64,000 nucleotides of DNA from Acidobacteriota bacterium (lineage in GTDB: Bacteria > Acidobacteriota > UBA890 > WLXD01), in the NCBI GenBank assembly GCA_965248695.1, contig CBDFKD010000002.1, positions 3,968,001 through 4,032,000 on the forward strand, read 5' to 3'. Position numbers and translations under genes: made by a program. Below the pieces are notes generated by a model that did no database searches, was not told the origin of the DNA, and worked only from the letters and a program-made list of their open reading frames with translations. The stretch's first letter is position 1. The number at the start of each line of letters is the position of its first letter. This document shows, piece by piece, positions 1 to 8,718 of the stretch.

Positions 1-114
1 GCCAACGCGGGATCCAATGATGTCTCGGTCATCGACACCCGGATGATCGAGGAGGTGGCGCGCATCAAGGTCGGTCAGACACCGAAGCGCAATCACACGC
101 TGGTGATGCAGTGA
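1..114 (+). CDS. 3' end of a YVTN/YncE-type beta-propeller repeat protein (partial, runs in from the left edge)
   Basis: Frame 1 reads ANAGSNDVSVIDTRMIEEVARIKVGQTPKRNHTLVMQ*, a typical YVTN blade (N.GSNDVSVID...I.VG..P). The TGA at 112-114 overlaps the next GTG start (GTGA). Confidence 0.8.
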   Translation, partial: ANAGSNDVSVIDTRMIEEVARIKVGQTPKRNHTLVMQ

Positions 115-947
115 GCGCACGACGAGTGGCCGGGACCGTTGCGCTCGTCGCTGCGGTCTGTGTCGTCGGTTCTCTGCCGTCGTTCGCTCAGACCCTGAAC
201 TTCGATCGCTACCGCGAGGCGGTCGAGCCGATCTTTCTGGCCGAACGCGGCGGATACGGGCCTGGGCGTGCGGCGTGCGTCACCTGTCACGCCAAGCAAG
301 GCACGCCACTGAAGCTGCAGCCATTGCGGGAGGATGACGGCGGCGGCGTCTTCTGGTCCGAGCAGCAGTCGCGTCAGAACTTCGAAACCGTGGCGCGCCT
401 CGTGGCACCGGGTGATCCCGACAACAGCCGGCTGCTGCTCAAGGCGCTCGCCGTACCGGCCGGCGGCGCGTCGTTCCACGTTGGCGGGAAGTTCTTCCTC
501 TCGCAGGCGGACCCGGAATGGCGAGCGATGGCCGACTGGGTCGCAGCCGCGGCCAGCCTACCCGCGGGCGTCGATCTCGTTGCGCCGGAGTTGGATTTCG
601 AGTTCTTTCACGACTGCGTGCAGAGGGTGTTCCTGGACAAGAGGGACGGGTTGATGGAGTGCATCAACTGCCACGATTCGGGAGCTCGCGGGTTCGCGCA
701 GACGATTCGCGAAGACCGAGCCTACTGGAGCCACGAAGAGTCGCGCCAGAATCTCGCCCTGCTGAGCCGCTACATTGAGCCCGGCCATCCGCTACGAAGC
801 CGGTTTCTGACGCACCCGCTGGCACCCGATGGTGGCGGTGATCACTTCCACGGCGGTGGCCGGCGGTGGCAATCGCAACAGGACCCGGAGTGGCAGATGC
901 TGGCCGCCTGGGTGCGGGGTGAGAGCCCTGCGTGCTTGAGCTACTGA
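111..947 (+). CDS. Exported diheme c-type cytochrome-like protein with an internal duplication
   Basis: Signal peptide ending SFA-Q. Two CxxCH motifs (CVTCH at 276-290, CINCH at 660-674). Two homologous halves, each with WS.E.SRQN, P..SR.L, FH.GG and DPEW. Confidence 0.8.
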   Translation: MSARRVAGTVALVAAVCVVGSLPSFAQTLNFDRYREAVEPIFLAERGGYGPGRAACVTCHAKQGTPLKLQPLREDDGGGVFWSEQQSRQNFETVARLVAPGDPDNSRLLLKALAVPAGGASFHVGGKFFLSQADPEWRAMADWVAAAASLPAGVDLVAPELDFEFFHDCVQRVFLDKRDGLMECINCHDSGARGFAQTIREDRAYWSHEESRQNLALLSRYIEPGHPLRSRFLTHPLAPDGGGDHFHGGGRRWQSQQDPEWQMLAAWVRGESPACLSY

Positions 948-1003
948 GCCAACTCCGCCGTCATTGAGGCGGGGGCAGCACTTCTTCACCCAGCGGACGT
1001 GGG

Positions 1004-2119
1004 CTACGGAGCCGTGATGGCCCACACTCCCGAGGTCACGGTGGGGCCGGCGGTCATACCGCCGACCAGGTAAAGGGTGCCGCCGCAGCGGGCCAGGCTT
1101 CGATGATCCATCGTCGCTGGGCCCTTGCTCGCCGGGTGATGGCTGAATGTGCCGTCGTAGACCAGCGTCGATCCGTTCGGTGGGGCAGGTTTGCCGCCGG
1201 CGTACGCCAGGCCGTTGGTGTTGTACGGAACGTCGGTGCCACCGTGAAACCATAACTCCCCTGCCTGCGTGGAACCGCCGGCAGCCCGATAGCGGGCCAG
1301 CCCGGGATGGCGGCCGAGATCGGCCCAGACGATCGTCTCCGGCCGTGCCGGATCGAGCTTGCCGCTCCATGCTTGGTTGACCAGTCGATAGCCATCCGGC
1401 CCCCTCTCGGTGCCGTCGATGACGACCAGCTCGTCGCCGGCGATGGCGCCGGCGTGACCGAATACGGGTACGCCGGGAAAGGGGGTTGCGGTGCCCCAGG
1501 TGTCGCGTGTGCTGTCGTATATCTGCACCGCGTCGACATTGTCTGTGTACGACCAACCACTGACCAAGACGATGTAGCGGTCACGCCAGGCGATCGCGAC
1601 CGTGTCGTCAACCGGTACCGGCAGCGGCGCCCCGGCGGACCACGCTTCGGTCAGCGGATCGTAGATGTCCAGATCGGCGAAGCTCGCCTCGGCGCCGTTC
1701 TCGGCCACCGAGTAACCGCCCAGCAAGTAGAGCTTGCCGGCAACGCCGACCGCGGAGGCGGCGACGCGTGCGGCGGCGCTTGGCGGCGGGCCGACGTCGG
1801 TCCATGCAGAGTCGCCGATCCGATGCAGGTAGACCGAGGTGGTGATGTCGGAGTGACGCAGCCCGGACCCGATACCCAGGGCGCTCATGATCCAGCAATG
1901 GCCGCCGGTCTGTACGGCGGCGACCGCATTGTTGGCTGTTGGCGTCGGCAGCGCCGGACGGTGGCTTGTCCACTCGGCCCCAGTCGGCGCGGCGACGTTG
2001 GCCGCCCAGCTCGTCGAGGCGTGTCCAGCGCGATCGTCGAACCCCGCGGTGCGCGCGTCGAGGCCCATCCCGGCGACAACCAACGCTGATGCAACGGCCC
2101 GCATGAACGTCAGCTTCAT
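1004..2119 (-). CDS. Secreted Kelch-repeat beta-propeller protein
   Basis: Start taken at MKLTFMRAVAS (ATG 2119, purine-rich GGAGAGAG upstream), followed by a signal peptide. Kelch motifs LYLLGG...YDPLTEAW, YDSTRDTW and LYLVGG. Confidence 0.8.
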   Translation of the reverse strand: MKLTFMRAVASALVVAGMGLDARTAGFDDRAGHASTSWAANVAAPTGAEWTSHRPALPTPTANNAVAAVQTGGHCWIMSALGIGSGLRHSDITTSVYLHRIGDSAWTDVGPPPSAAARVAASAVGVAGKLYLLGGYSVAENGAEASFADLDIYDPLTEAWSAGAPLPVPVDDTVAIAWRDRYIVLVSGWSYTDNVDAVQIYDSTRDTWGTATPFPGVPVFGHAGAIAGDELVVIDGTERGPDGYRLVNQAWSGKLDPARPETIVWADLGRHPGLARYRAAGGSTQAGELWFHGGTDVPYNTNGLAYAGGKPAPPNGSTLVYDGTFSHHPASKGPATMDHRSLARCGGTLYLVGGMTAGPTVTSGVWAITAP

Positions 2120-2322
2120 GGTTCTCTCTCCGGGCCTGTCGATGGTCAGCACGTCGTGTCGGCGCCCCTTCCACTTGTGCGTCGCGGCACCGGACATGGA
2201 GAATGCGGCGCACCATACCAGCCGGGACCGTACTCGGCCATGGCGGTCGACGGCTGATCGTACCTGCTGGTACCTGGCACAGAAAGGACTCTGCATCTGC
2301 ACAGCGAACTCGGAGAAAGGAC

Positions 2323-3696
2323 ATGAAATCACGCGTGGTGTTCCTGCTGGTCGGCGCAACGTTCGTCGGTGTAACGCTCATCGGAGATGCGGCCACTGCG
2401 CAGCTGCCGGCGCGTACGGCGGCGACCGATGCCGAAGCTCTGCGGCTGATGAGGAACGACAAGCTCGACCTCATGTTGCCGGGCGCCATGCGCGACAACG
2501 GCGTCGACATGTGGATTCACGTGACGCGGCCGGGTGCGCCGGACCCGATGGCCCTGCAGTTCGGGCGCACCGCCGGCTACCTGATCTTCACCGACCTCGG
2601 CGACCGCATCGAGCGCGCCGTGTTCGGGCGTGGGGGCGCGGTGGAGAATATCGACGTTCGCGGCTCGCTCGAGCTCGGTCTGGCAATCTCGGGTTACGAC
2701 CACAAACCGGGCATCTACGACGAGATCTCTGGCTTCGTCGAGCAACGCGATCCGCAGGTGATCGCGGTCAACACCTCGGAGATGGAGCCAGTCGCCGATG
2801 GCATCTCGCACTCCGAGTACCTCAAGCTCGAGCGCATCCTGGGCCCTGAGTACAGTGCTCGCATCGTCTCGGCAGAGAGCGTCATCCGTGACTTCATCCT
2901 TCGACGCACCGCGCGCGAGATCGCGGCTCAAGTGGAGGTGCTGGCGCTCGCCCGTCAAGGCGCCAAGGAGCAGCTCTCCAGAGTCGTCCCCGGCGTCACC
3001 ACCGTCGCCGATATCAACGCCCGGGTCTACTATTCGGCGGTCAACACGCCGGACGAGACGGTCGAAATCTCCCCCCCTGACGTGCGCTGGTTCATCCACA
3101 ATCCGGAGTACGTGCTACAGCGCGGGGATCTGTTCGTCGGCGGCGGTGGCGGCGCCGGCGGCGACTACATGGGGTTCGGCGTCGACACCAAGATCCACGC
3201 CTATATCCTGCGTGAAGGTGAGACCCGGGTTCCCGACTTCCTGCAGGGGGTGTTCGACAAGGCGATCGCCGGCCAGTGGATCATGCGCGACCACATGAAG
3301 ATGGGCATGACCGCCAAGGAGTCGCTCGACGCCATGGTTGTAGCCATGGAGGCCGCTGGCTACATCTACACTCCGTTTCGGGATATCGGCACCGAGGATT
3401 ACGCCATGATCCAGCGGGCCCTGGCCGATACCGACAAGCCGGGCTTCTCGACCGACAATCACGCGTTCGGCAACTACGGCGATCTCGGGCCCTCGATGGC
3501 AGCCTTTCGCTCCAACACTCACCATCTGCGGATCCAGGAGAACCACATCTTCGCCTTCGAGTACATGGTCCACATGAACATCGACGAGCGTCCCGGCTAC
3601 CCGCTGGCGTTCAACATCTCCAACCCGCAGCTGATCACCAGCAGGGGCGTCGAGTTCATACAGCCGCCGAACGAAGAGATCTTCTTGATCCGCTAA
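2323..3696 (+). CDS. Secreted M24-family (Xaa-Pro aminopeptidase/creatinase-fold) protein with a degenerate metal site
   Basis: RBS AAAGGA before ATG 2323 and a signal peptide. N-terminal LLP.AMR..GVDMWI and DP..IAVN.S...ADG segments, plus a C-terminal pita-bread-like domain (LQRGDL, NHAFG, FAFE). Confidence 0.7.
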   Translation: MKSRVVFLLVGATFVGVTLIGDAATAQLPARTAATDAEALRLMRNDKLDLMLPGAMRDNGVDMWIHVTRPGAPDPMALQFGRTAGYLIFTDLGDRIERAVFGRGGAVENIDVRGSLELGLAISGYDHKPGIYDEISGFVEQRDPQVIAVNTSEMEPVADGISHSEYLKLERILGPEYSARIVSAESVIRDFILRRTAREIAAQVEVLALARQGAKEQLSRVVPGVTTVADINARVYYSAVNTPDETVEISPPDVRWFIHNPEYVLQRGDLFVGGGGGAGGDYMGFGVDTKIHAYILREGETRVPDFLQGVFDKAIAGQWIMRDHMKMGMTAKESLDAMVVAMEAAGYIYTPFRDIGTEDYAMIQRALADTDKPGFSTDNHAFGNYGDLGPSMAAFRSNTHHLRIQENHIFAFEYMVHMNIDERPGYPLAFNISNPQLITSRGVEFIQPPNEEIFLIR

Positions 3697-3715
3697 GACA
3701 CGGTATTCTCGCCAC

Positions 3716-5122
3716 ATGAAGAACGTTGCCGCTTGCTGCATGTTGCTGCTGTCCATGTCGGCTACCGCTCAACAGGTGCTCCCCGGGTTGGAGTCACCTA
3801 CTCTCGAAGCGGAGACGCTGGCCCATTTCCAGGCGCTGCTGCGATTCGATACCAGCGATCCGCCGGGCATCGAGCGGCCGGCGGCGGAGTACCTGCGCGA
3901 GGCTCTCGAGGCCGAGGGCATCCCGGTGCAGGTGTTCGCGACGGACGACAATCGGCCCAACGTCGTGGCGCGGCTTGCAGGCACCGGGGCCAAACCGCCG
4001 CTGCTGATCATGGGCCACACGGATACGGTGAACGTCGATCCGGAGAAATGGACCCATCCTCCCTTCAGCGGCACCGTGGACGGCGAGCATGTCTACAGTC
4101 GCGGCACGGTCGACGACAAGGACAACGTCGTGGCCGGGCTGATGGTCATGCTCGAGCTCGCTCGCCGAGAAGTGGCGCTCGATCGCGACGTCATCTTTCT
4201 GGCGGAGTCGGGCGAGGAAGGCAGCACCGAGTACGGCATCCAGTTCATGGTCGACAATCACCTCGACGCGATCGCCGCCGAATACTGCCTGGCAGAGGGT
4301 GGCCGTGTGACTCGAGTCGACGGGGCGGTGCGATACGCCGAGGTGGAGACCGTCGAGAAGATCCCGTATCGGGTGGAACTGGTGGCTCGCGGGGTTGCTG
4401 GGCATGGATCCGTTCCGCTGCAGACGAACTCAGTGGCGCACCTGTCCAAGGCGGTGGCCGCCATCGCCGACTGGCGCACCCCGATCCGGCTGAACGAGAC
4501 CACGAGCGAGTACTTCCGCCGGCTGGCGACGATTTCGCCACCGGAGGCCGCTGCACGCTACCGGATGGTGCTCGATCCAGCGACAGCCGACGAGGCGGGG
4601 GAGTACTTTCTGACGCACGAGCCGCGGCACTCCTCGATGCTGCGCTCCTCGCTGTCGCCGACGATCATCGACGCCGGCTACCGCATCAACGTCATCCCGT
4701 CGGACGCCGCCGGCTCGGTCGATCTGCGGGCCCTACCCGACGAGGAGATCCCGGCGTTTCTCGACGAGATCCGTCGGGTGATCGACAATCCGGCGGTCGA
4801 GGTGTCGCTGGGCAGGCGCAACACTCGTCCGCCGGGCGAGGCGCGGCTTGACACCGAGGCGTTTCGCGTTGTCGAGGCCAATATCAGCAAGCATTACGAC
4901 ACCACCACGTTGCCGATGATGTCGACTGGCGCCACAGATATGGCGTATCTGCGGGCGAATGGTATCGAGTGCTACGGCATCGGCCCGGCGATCGATCGCG
5001 AGGACGCCGCCAAGGGGTACGGGGCGCACAGCGACCAGGAGCGCATCCTGGTGGATGAGCTGCACCGCTTCGTGCGCTTCATGTGGGACGTGGTCGTCGA
5101 CCTGGCCGCAACAGACGCCTGA
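3716..5122 (+). CDS. M20/M25/M40 family metallopeptidase (secreted)
   Basis: Metal and catalytic motifs GHTDTV, SRGTVDDK, SGEEG, GHGS, NVIP, TGATD and GAHSDQE. Signal peptide present. Confidence 0.9.
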   Translation: MKNVAACCMLLLSMSATAQQVLPGLESPTLEAETLAHFQALLRFDTSDPPGIERPAAEYLREALEAEGIPVQVFATDDNRPNVVARLAGTGAKPPLLIMGHTDTVNVDPEKWTHPPFSGTVDGEHVYSRGTVDDKDNVVAGLMVMLELARREVALDRDVIFLAESGEEGSTEYGIQFMVDNHLDAIAAEYCLAEGGRVTRVDGAVRYAEVETVEKIPYRVELVARGVAGHGSVPLQTNSVAHLSKAVAAIADWRTPIRLNETTSEYFRRLATISPPEAAARYRMVLDPATADEAGEYFLTHEPRHSSMLRSSLSPTIIDAGYRINVIPSDAAGSVDLRALPDEEIPAFLDEIRRVIDNPAVEVSLGRRNTRPPGEARLDTEAFRVVEANISKHYDTTTLPMMSTGATDMAYLRANGIECYGIGPAIDREDAAKGYGAHSDQERILVDELHRFVRFMWDVVVDLAATDA

Positions 5123-5180
5123 CCACCGGCCGCCGAGCGTCTTGCGTAGGCCAACCCGGGACGGCAGAGAGCCCGCCGGA

Positions 5181-6107
5181 TCAGAAGCGTGAGATGACGA
5201 TGCGAAACCCGATGAACGCCCGGCGCGCGCCAGGGTCGACACCGCCACGGACGGTCGTGCGGATATTCTGTTCCGGATCGCCGAAGTGCCCGCCGCGCAT
5301 GACCCAGAGGGCGTCCGCATCGAGGTCGTCGAGGTCGTCGGTCGGATCGAAAGGATACGGCTGGTAGCGGCTGCGCGTCAGCTCCCACAGGTTGCCGCTC
5401 ATGTCTGCAAGGCCGTACGGACACTCCGGACAGTCAAAGCTGCCGACCGGGGCGGCGGCCGCGCCGCGATAGTTCGCCCGTGACGGGTTCGGAAAGTTCC
5501 CCCATGGGTAGATCCGTGCGTCGGTACCGCGCGCGGCCTTCTCCCACTCCGCCTCGCTCGGTAGCATGACCTGCCCTCCCCGACGCAACAGTTCGCCGAG
5601 TGACGGAGGCGTCTCCGGCCATGCCCTCAGCGTGGCGTCGAGCCATCGGCAATAGGCGAGCGCGTCCGGCCACGAGACCCACGCTACGGGGTGGTCGGGA
5701 GGCGCCCGTATGGCTCGCGCGTCGACCACGTACCCGGTGTTTTCTACGAACGATCGGAACTGCGCCACGGTGACCTCGAAGCGACCTACGTAGTAGTCAG
5801 GAAGCTGCACGGTTCCGTAGGCGCTCCTGGTGCTCCAGCGCTCGTTGTCGAAGGCGAGCGCGTCGACTGCCGCCTCGCCGCCCATGACGAACTCACCGGC
5901 GGCGATCTCTACGAAGCCCAGGAGCTCGTCATCCGGTAGAAACCAGGCATCGGCGCGAAGCCCGGCGACGGCGGCCGAGGTGCTCACTCCGGAGCCATCT
6001 CCGATATCACTCGCGGAGGAGGCCCCCGACGGGGCTTGCTGGCAGGCGGCCGCAACGACGAGCGATGTGGTCACAGCCGCCCGCTGGAGCCCCGTGCACC
6101 GCGTCAC
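5181..6107 (-). CDS. FGE-sulfatase (SUMF1/PvdO-type) domain lipoprotein
   Basis: Motifs F.MG, FEVTVAQF, HPVAWVSW.DA.AYC.W, LPSEAEWEKAARG, GLADMSGNLWE, RGG and GFRIV. Lipobox-like VAAAC. GTG 6107 overlaps the upstream stop (GTGA); ATG 6125 is an alternative start. Confidence 0.85.
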   Translation of the reverse strand: MTRCTGLQRAAVTTSLVVAAACQQAPSGASSASDIGDGSGVSTSAAVAGLRADAWFLPDDELLGFVEIAAGEFVMGGEAAVDALAFDNERWSTRSAYGTVQLPDYYVGRFEVTVAQFRSFVENTGYVVDARAIRAPPDHPVAWVSWPDALAYCRWLDATLRAWPETPPSLGELLRRGGQVMLPSEAEWEKAARGTDARIYPWGNFPNPSRANYRGAAAAPVGSFDCPECPYGLADMSGNLWELTRSRYQPYPFDPTDDLDDLDADALWVMRGGHFGDPEQNIRTTVRGGVDPGARRAFIGFRIVISRF

Positions 6108-7630
6108 GGCGAGGTCTCGTTGCATGCGAAGGCCCAATTGTGCCGGCAGGCGCGCGCCAACAGGTCCGCATCCGACATCTCGAGCAGATTCTCGCCGCCC
6201 TCGCGCAGCAGAAGCCTCAGATCGAGGGATCGTGGATCGGTGCCGTGAGATCCGTCGGCATCCAGCAGGTTGAAGCACGCCGGCAGGTAGCGGAGCTCAC
6301 AGGCGCGCGAGAAGAAACCCAACGCGGCCTCTGTGTCGCGCTCCAGAATCGCACCGGCCCTGTTGTGCAGCCCCAACTCGTTGCAGGCCCAGGCCGAGTT
6401 GTCGGCACAGTATGAGGATTGGATCTGCAGCAGGCGATCACAGCCGTCATGACGACCCTCGACGCAAGCTCGTTGCCAGAACGGCAAGGTGTCGCCAGGG
6501 TGCGTTCCGTCGGTCGATCCCAGCGCCGCCATGGCGCCGAAGAAAACGATCCAGACGGCGATGTGGGTGGAATTCGCGCCCAGCGGATCCCATCGAACCC
6601 GATACCGTCCGGAGAGCCGTTCTTCCGCCAGTCGCGCCAGGCGGTCGATTCGCTGCACGCTCAGGTTCAGCAGCGGCACGCAAAGCAACTTGTCGTAAAA
6701 GGTCGGCGCCCCGAACGCTCCCAGCAGGGCGTAGAGACCGAATACGCCCAGACCATAGAGCATTCCGAATAGGGTCTTGCCGAGCGGCGTTCGCGGCGAA
6801 GTGGACGGATCGGTCACCAGCAGGTGAAGGCCGAGAAAGACCGCGGTCGGGATCTCGGAATCAACGAAATACGGGATCCCCGTCCACCCCCAGTACAGCG
6901 CGCTCATCGCGAACAGCGAGACGGCGGCCGATCCGGCAACGAGCGTGATCGCGAAGAAGTGCATCACCACCAAACCGAGGAGAAACAGGAACAGGTAGAT
7001 CTGCGGCGCCAGTGTCAACGTGGTCGCAATATCCTGCCCCCATGTGATGTCGGTGGTGTCGGTGGCGAGCAGAACGAGGGAGAACAGCCCGAGAGAAAAT
7101 GCCGACGGGTTGAAGATATGAGTTCGCGTCCCGTCTCGGCGCCACCGCACGAGCTCCTTGCCGAGGAACCCGGCCCCGATCATCAGGAACTGCAGTGCGA
7201 ACCAGTCGTCCTTGAACCAGAGGAACAGATTGGTGCTGAATACGACGGGCAGCGGACCGAAGCCGAGCAGGTAGGTATCGCGCCGCGACCAGGCGAGCAG
7301 CATGTCGAACGCGTAGGCGAAGACGAGCTGTGCGATCAGCAGCCAGGCGTAGTCGAATACGGGTCGCCAGTAGTAGCCCCAGTAGGCGAAGACCGCCAGC
7401 TGCACCGCTGCCTGGATGTAGTGCTGCGGCCGCAATAGCGGTCGCAGCCGCGGCTCAATGCCGGCGCGATGAGTCCGTACGAAGAGGCACGCCTGCCATA
7501 CCAGCAGCAACAGCGCCGCGCCCCAGAACGAGCGAGCGAGCGCAGGGCTGTCGCTGATGCGTGGCACCAGCGACAGGAGCAAGATCGTGACTGCCAGCGC
7601 CAACGGCACGCCGAAAGCCCCCCGCGACAT
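6104..7630 (-). CDS. Stand-alone RnfD/NqrB-like (UnbU-like) polytopic membrane protein with C-terminal Cys-rich Sel1-like repeats
   Basis: About 12 hydrophobic segments. GK...HIFNPS and LLVTDPSTSP resemble the RnfD/NqrB FNPA and TDPVTSP motifs. The tail has repeated C.....AC units (WACNELG, FSRACEL, ACFNL). Confidence 0.65.
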   Translation of the reverse strand: MSRGAFGVPLALAVTILLLSLVPRISDSPALARSFWGAALLLLVWQACLFVRTHRAGIEPRLRPLLRPQHYIQAAVQLAVFAYWGYYWRPVFDYAWLLIAQLVFAYAFDMLLAWSRRDTYLLGFGPLPVVFSTNLFLWFKDDWFALQFLMIGAGFLGKELVRWRRDGTRTHIFNPSAFSLGLFSLVLLATDTTDITWGQDIATTLTLAPQIYLFLFLLGLVVMHFFAITLVAGSAAVSLFAMSALYWGWTGIPYFVDSEIPTAVFLGLHLLVTDPSTSPRTPLGKTLFGMLYGLGVFGLYALLGAFGAPTFYDKLLCVPLLNLSVQRIDRLARLAEERLSGRYRVRWDPLGANSTHIAVWIVFFGAMAALGSTDGTHPGDTLPFWQRACVEGRHDGCDRLLQIQSSYCADNSAWACNELGLHNRAGAILERDTEAALGFFSRACELRYLPACFNLLDADGSHGTDPRSLDLRLLLREGGENLLEMSDADLLARACRHNWAFACNETSP

Positions 7631-7663
7631 CGCCAGGTTAGACCGGGCTCCCACCACTGCCTG

Positions 7664-8641
7664 CTAGTCGGTACAGTCCTCGGCGTCCCCATGCCGACCG
7701 GCGCGAGCCATGCGCGCCCACAGCGACAGGTCGGCCTCGGTTAGGAAGTGCCATATGAGGCGCGCCCACGAGTCGTGGCTGCCGAGCGAGTCGTAGTACT
7801 CCGGTGCAATGGCGGTGATCTGCGGCAACCGGTTCCACGGCACCGAGGTGAAGTCGTGGTGCTCGTTGTGATAGCCGACGTTGCAGGCCACCCAGTTCAG
7901 CTTGCCGTAGTAGCTGAACGTCTCCTGGGTGTCGGAGTCGACCATGTAGTGCTCCTGGATCCAGCGTGCGCCCAGGGGATGCAGTCCAACCGCGAAGAAC
8001 AGAGAAGCCAGCAGATACAGGAATGCTCGTGGGCCCCACGCCCAGATCACCAAGGCATCGATGGAAAAAACGATTGCCCAGTCGACGAGGGTCCATCGTG
8101 TCAGGAACGCCATCTGCTTGATGCGCAACGGGCGAAGTGCTTGCACCACCGGGAATAGCGTCAACCAGATCAGCTTGCGGAAGAACGAGTTGCCTACCAG
8201 TCGCGCTTCCCAGTAGCTGGGTATGTCGGCGTCCACTTCGTGCACGCCCTGATGCGAGTGGTGTATCAGGTGATACGAGCGAAACGACATCGCCGTCGGC
8301 ATCGTGTTCACCGCGCCCGCGAGGATGGCGGAGAGATTGTTCGCCCAGCGCGACCGGAAGATCAGCCCGTGGGTGGCGTCGTGAACCATGACGTAGCTTG
8401 TATGGTTCGCGAAGGCGCCGAGGCAGTAGGCGACGATTCCGATCAGCCACCACGGGCTGTCACGCAGCATCCAGGCGACCGTGAACTGCGCCGCGACGAT
8501 GCCGAGGATGATCGCGAAGGACCAGGGATTGCGCCCGATGAGATCGCGCATCTCGGGATGGTCGAGCAGGATCGCCCGGGTACGGCCGTGATGCGGTTCG
8601 CACTCTTTCGAGTGCCGGAAATCGTCCGCGGTCTGCGCCAA
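7664..8641 (-). CDS. Sphingolipid delta-4 desaturase/C4-hydroxylase-like (DEGS1/DES1-like) membrane di-iron desaturase
   Basis: His boxes HDATH, HLIHH and HNEHH. N-terminal DF...EPH..R..IL..HPE...L.G (Lipid_DES-like). Also DADIP, FRKLIW, GLHP...I.EHY, ETFSYYGKLN...NVGYHNEHHDF and IAPEYYD. Likely TTG start at 8641 with GGAG upstream. Confidence 0.88.
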   Translation of the reverse strand: MAQTADDFRHSKECEPHHGRTRAILLDHPEMRDLIGRNPWSFAIILGIVAAQFTVAWMLRDSPWWLIGIVAYCLGAFANHTSYVMVHDATHGLIFRSRWANNLSAILAGAVNTMPTAMSFRSYHLIHHSHQGVHEVDADIPSYWEARLVGNSFFRKLIWLTLFPVVQALRPLRIKQMAFLTRWTLVDWAIVFSIDALVIWAWGPRAFLYLLASLFFAVGLHPLGARWIQEHYMVDSDTQETFSYYGKLNWVACNVGYHNEHHDFTSVPWNRLPQITAIAPEYYDSLGSHDSWARLIWHFLTEADLSLWARMARAGRHGDAEDCTD

Positions 8642-8718
8642 GCGCAAAGCTCCGGGTGAAGGGGAAAGGCCCGGTAGCCGTCCGGACGTCGGCAGCCTAG
8701 CGTCCGCAGTGGCCAGCG

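Noticed and set aside
2274-2296. TGGCAC upstream of the M24 gene as a sigma54 promoter
   Set aside because: There is no TTGC/TGC at the required -12 spacing.
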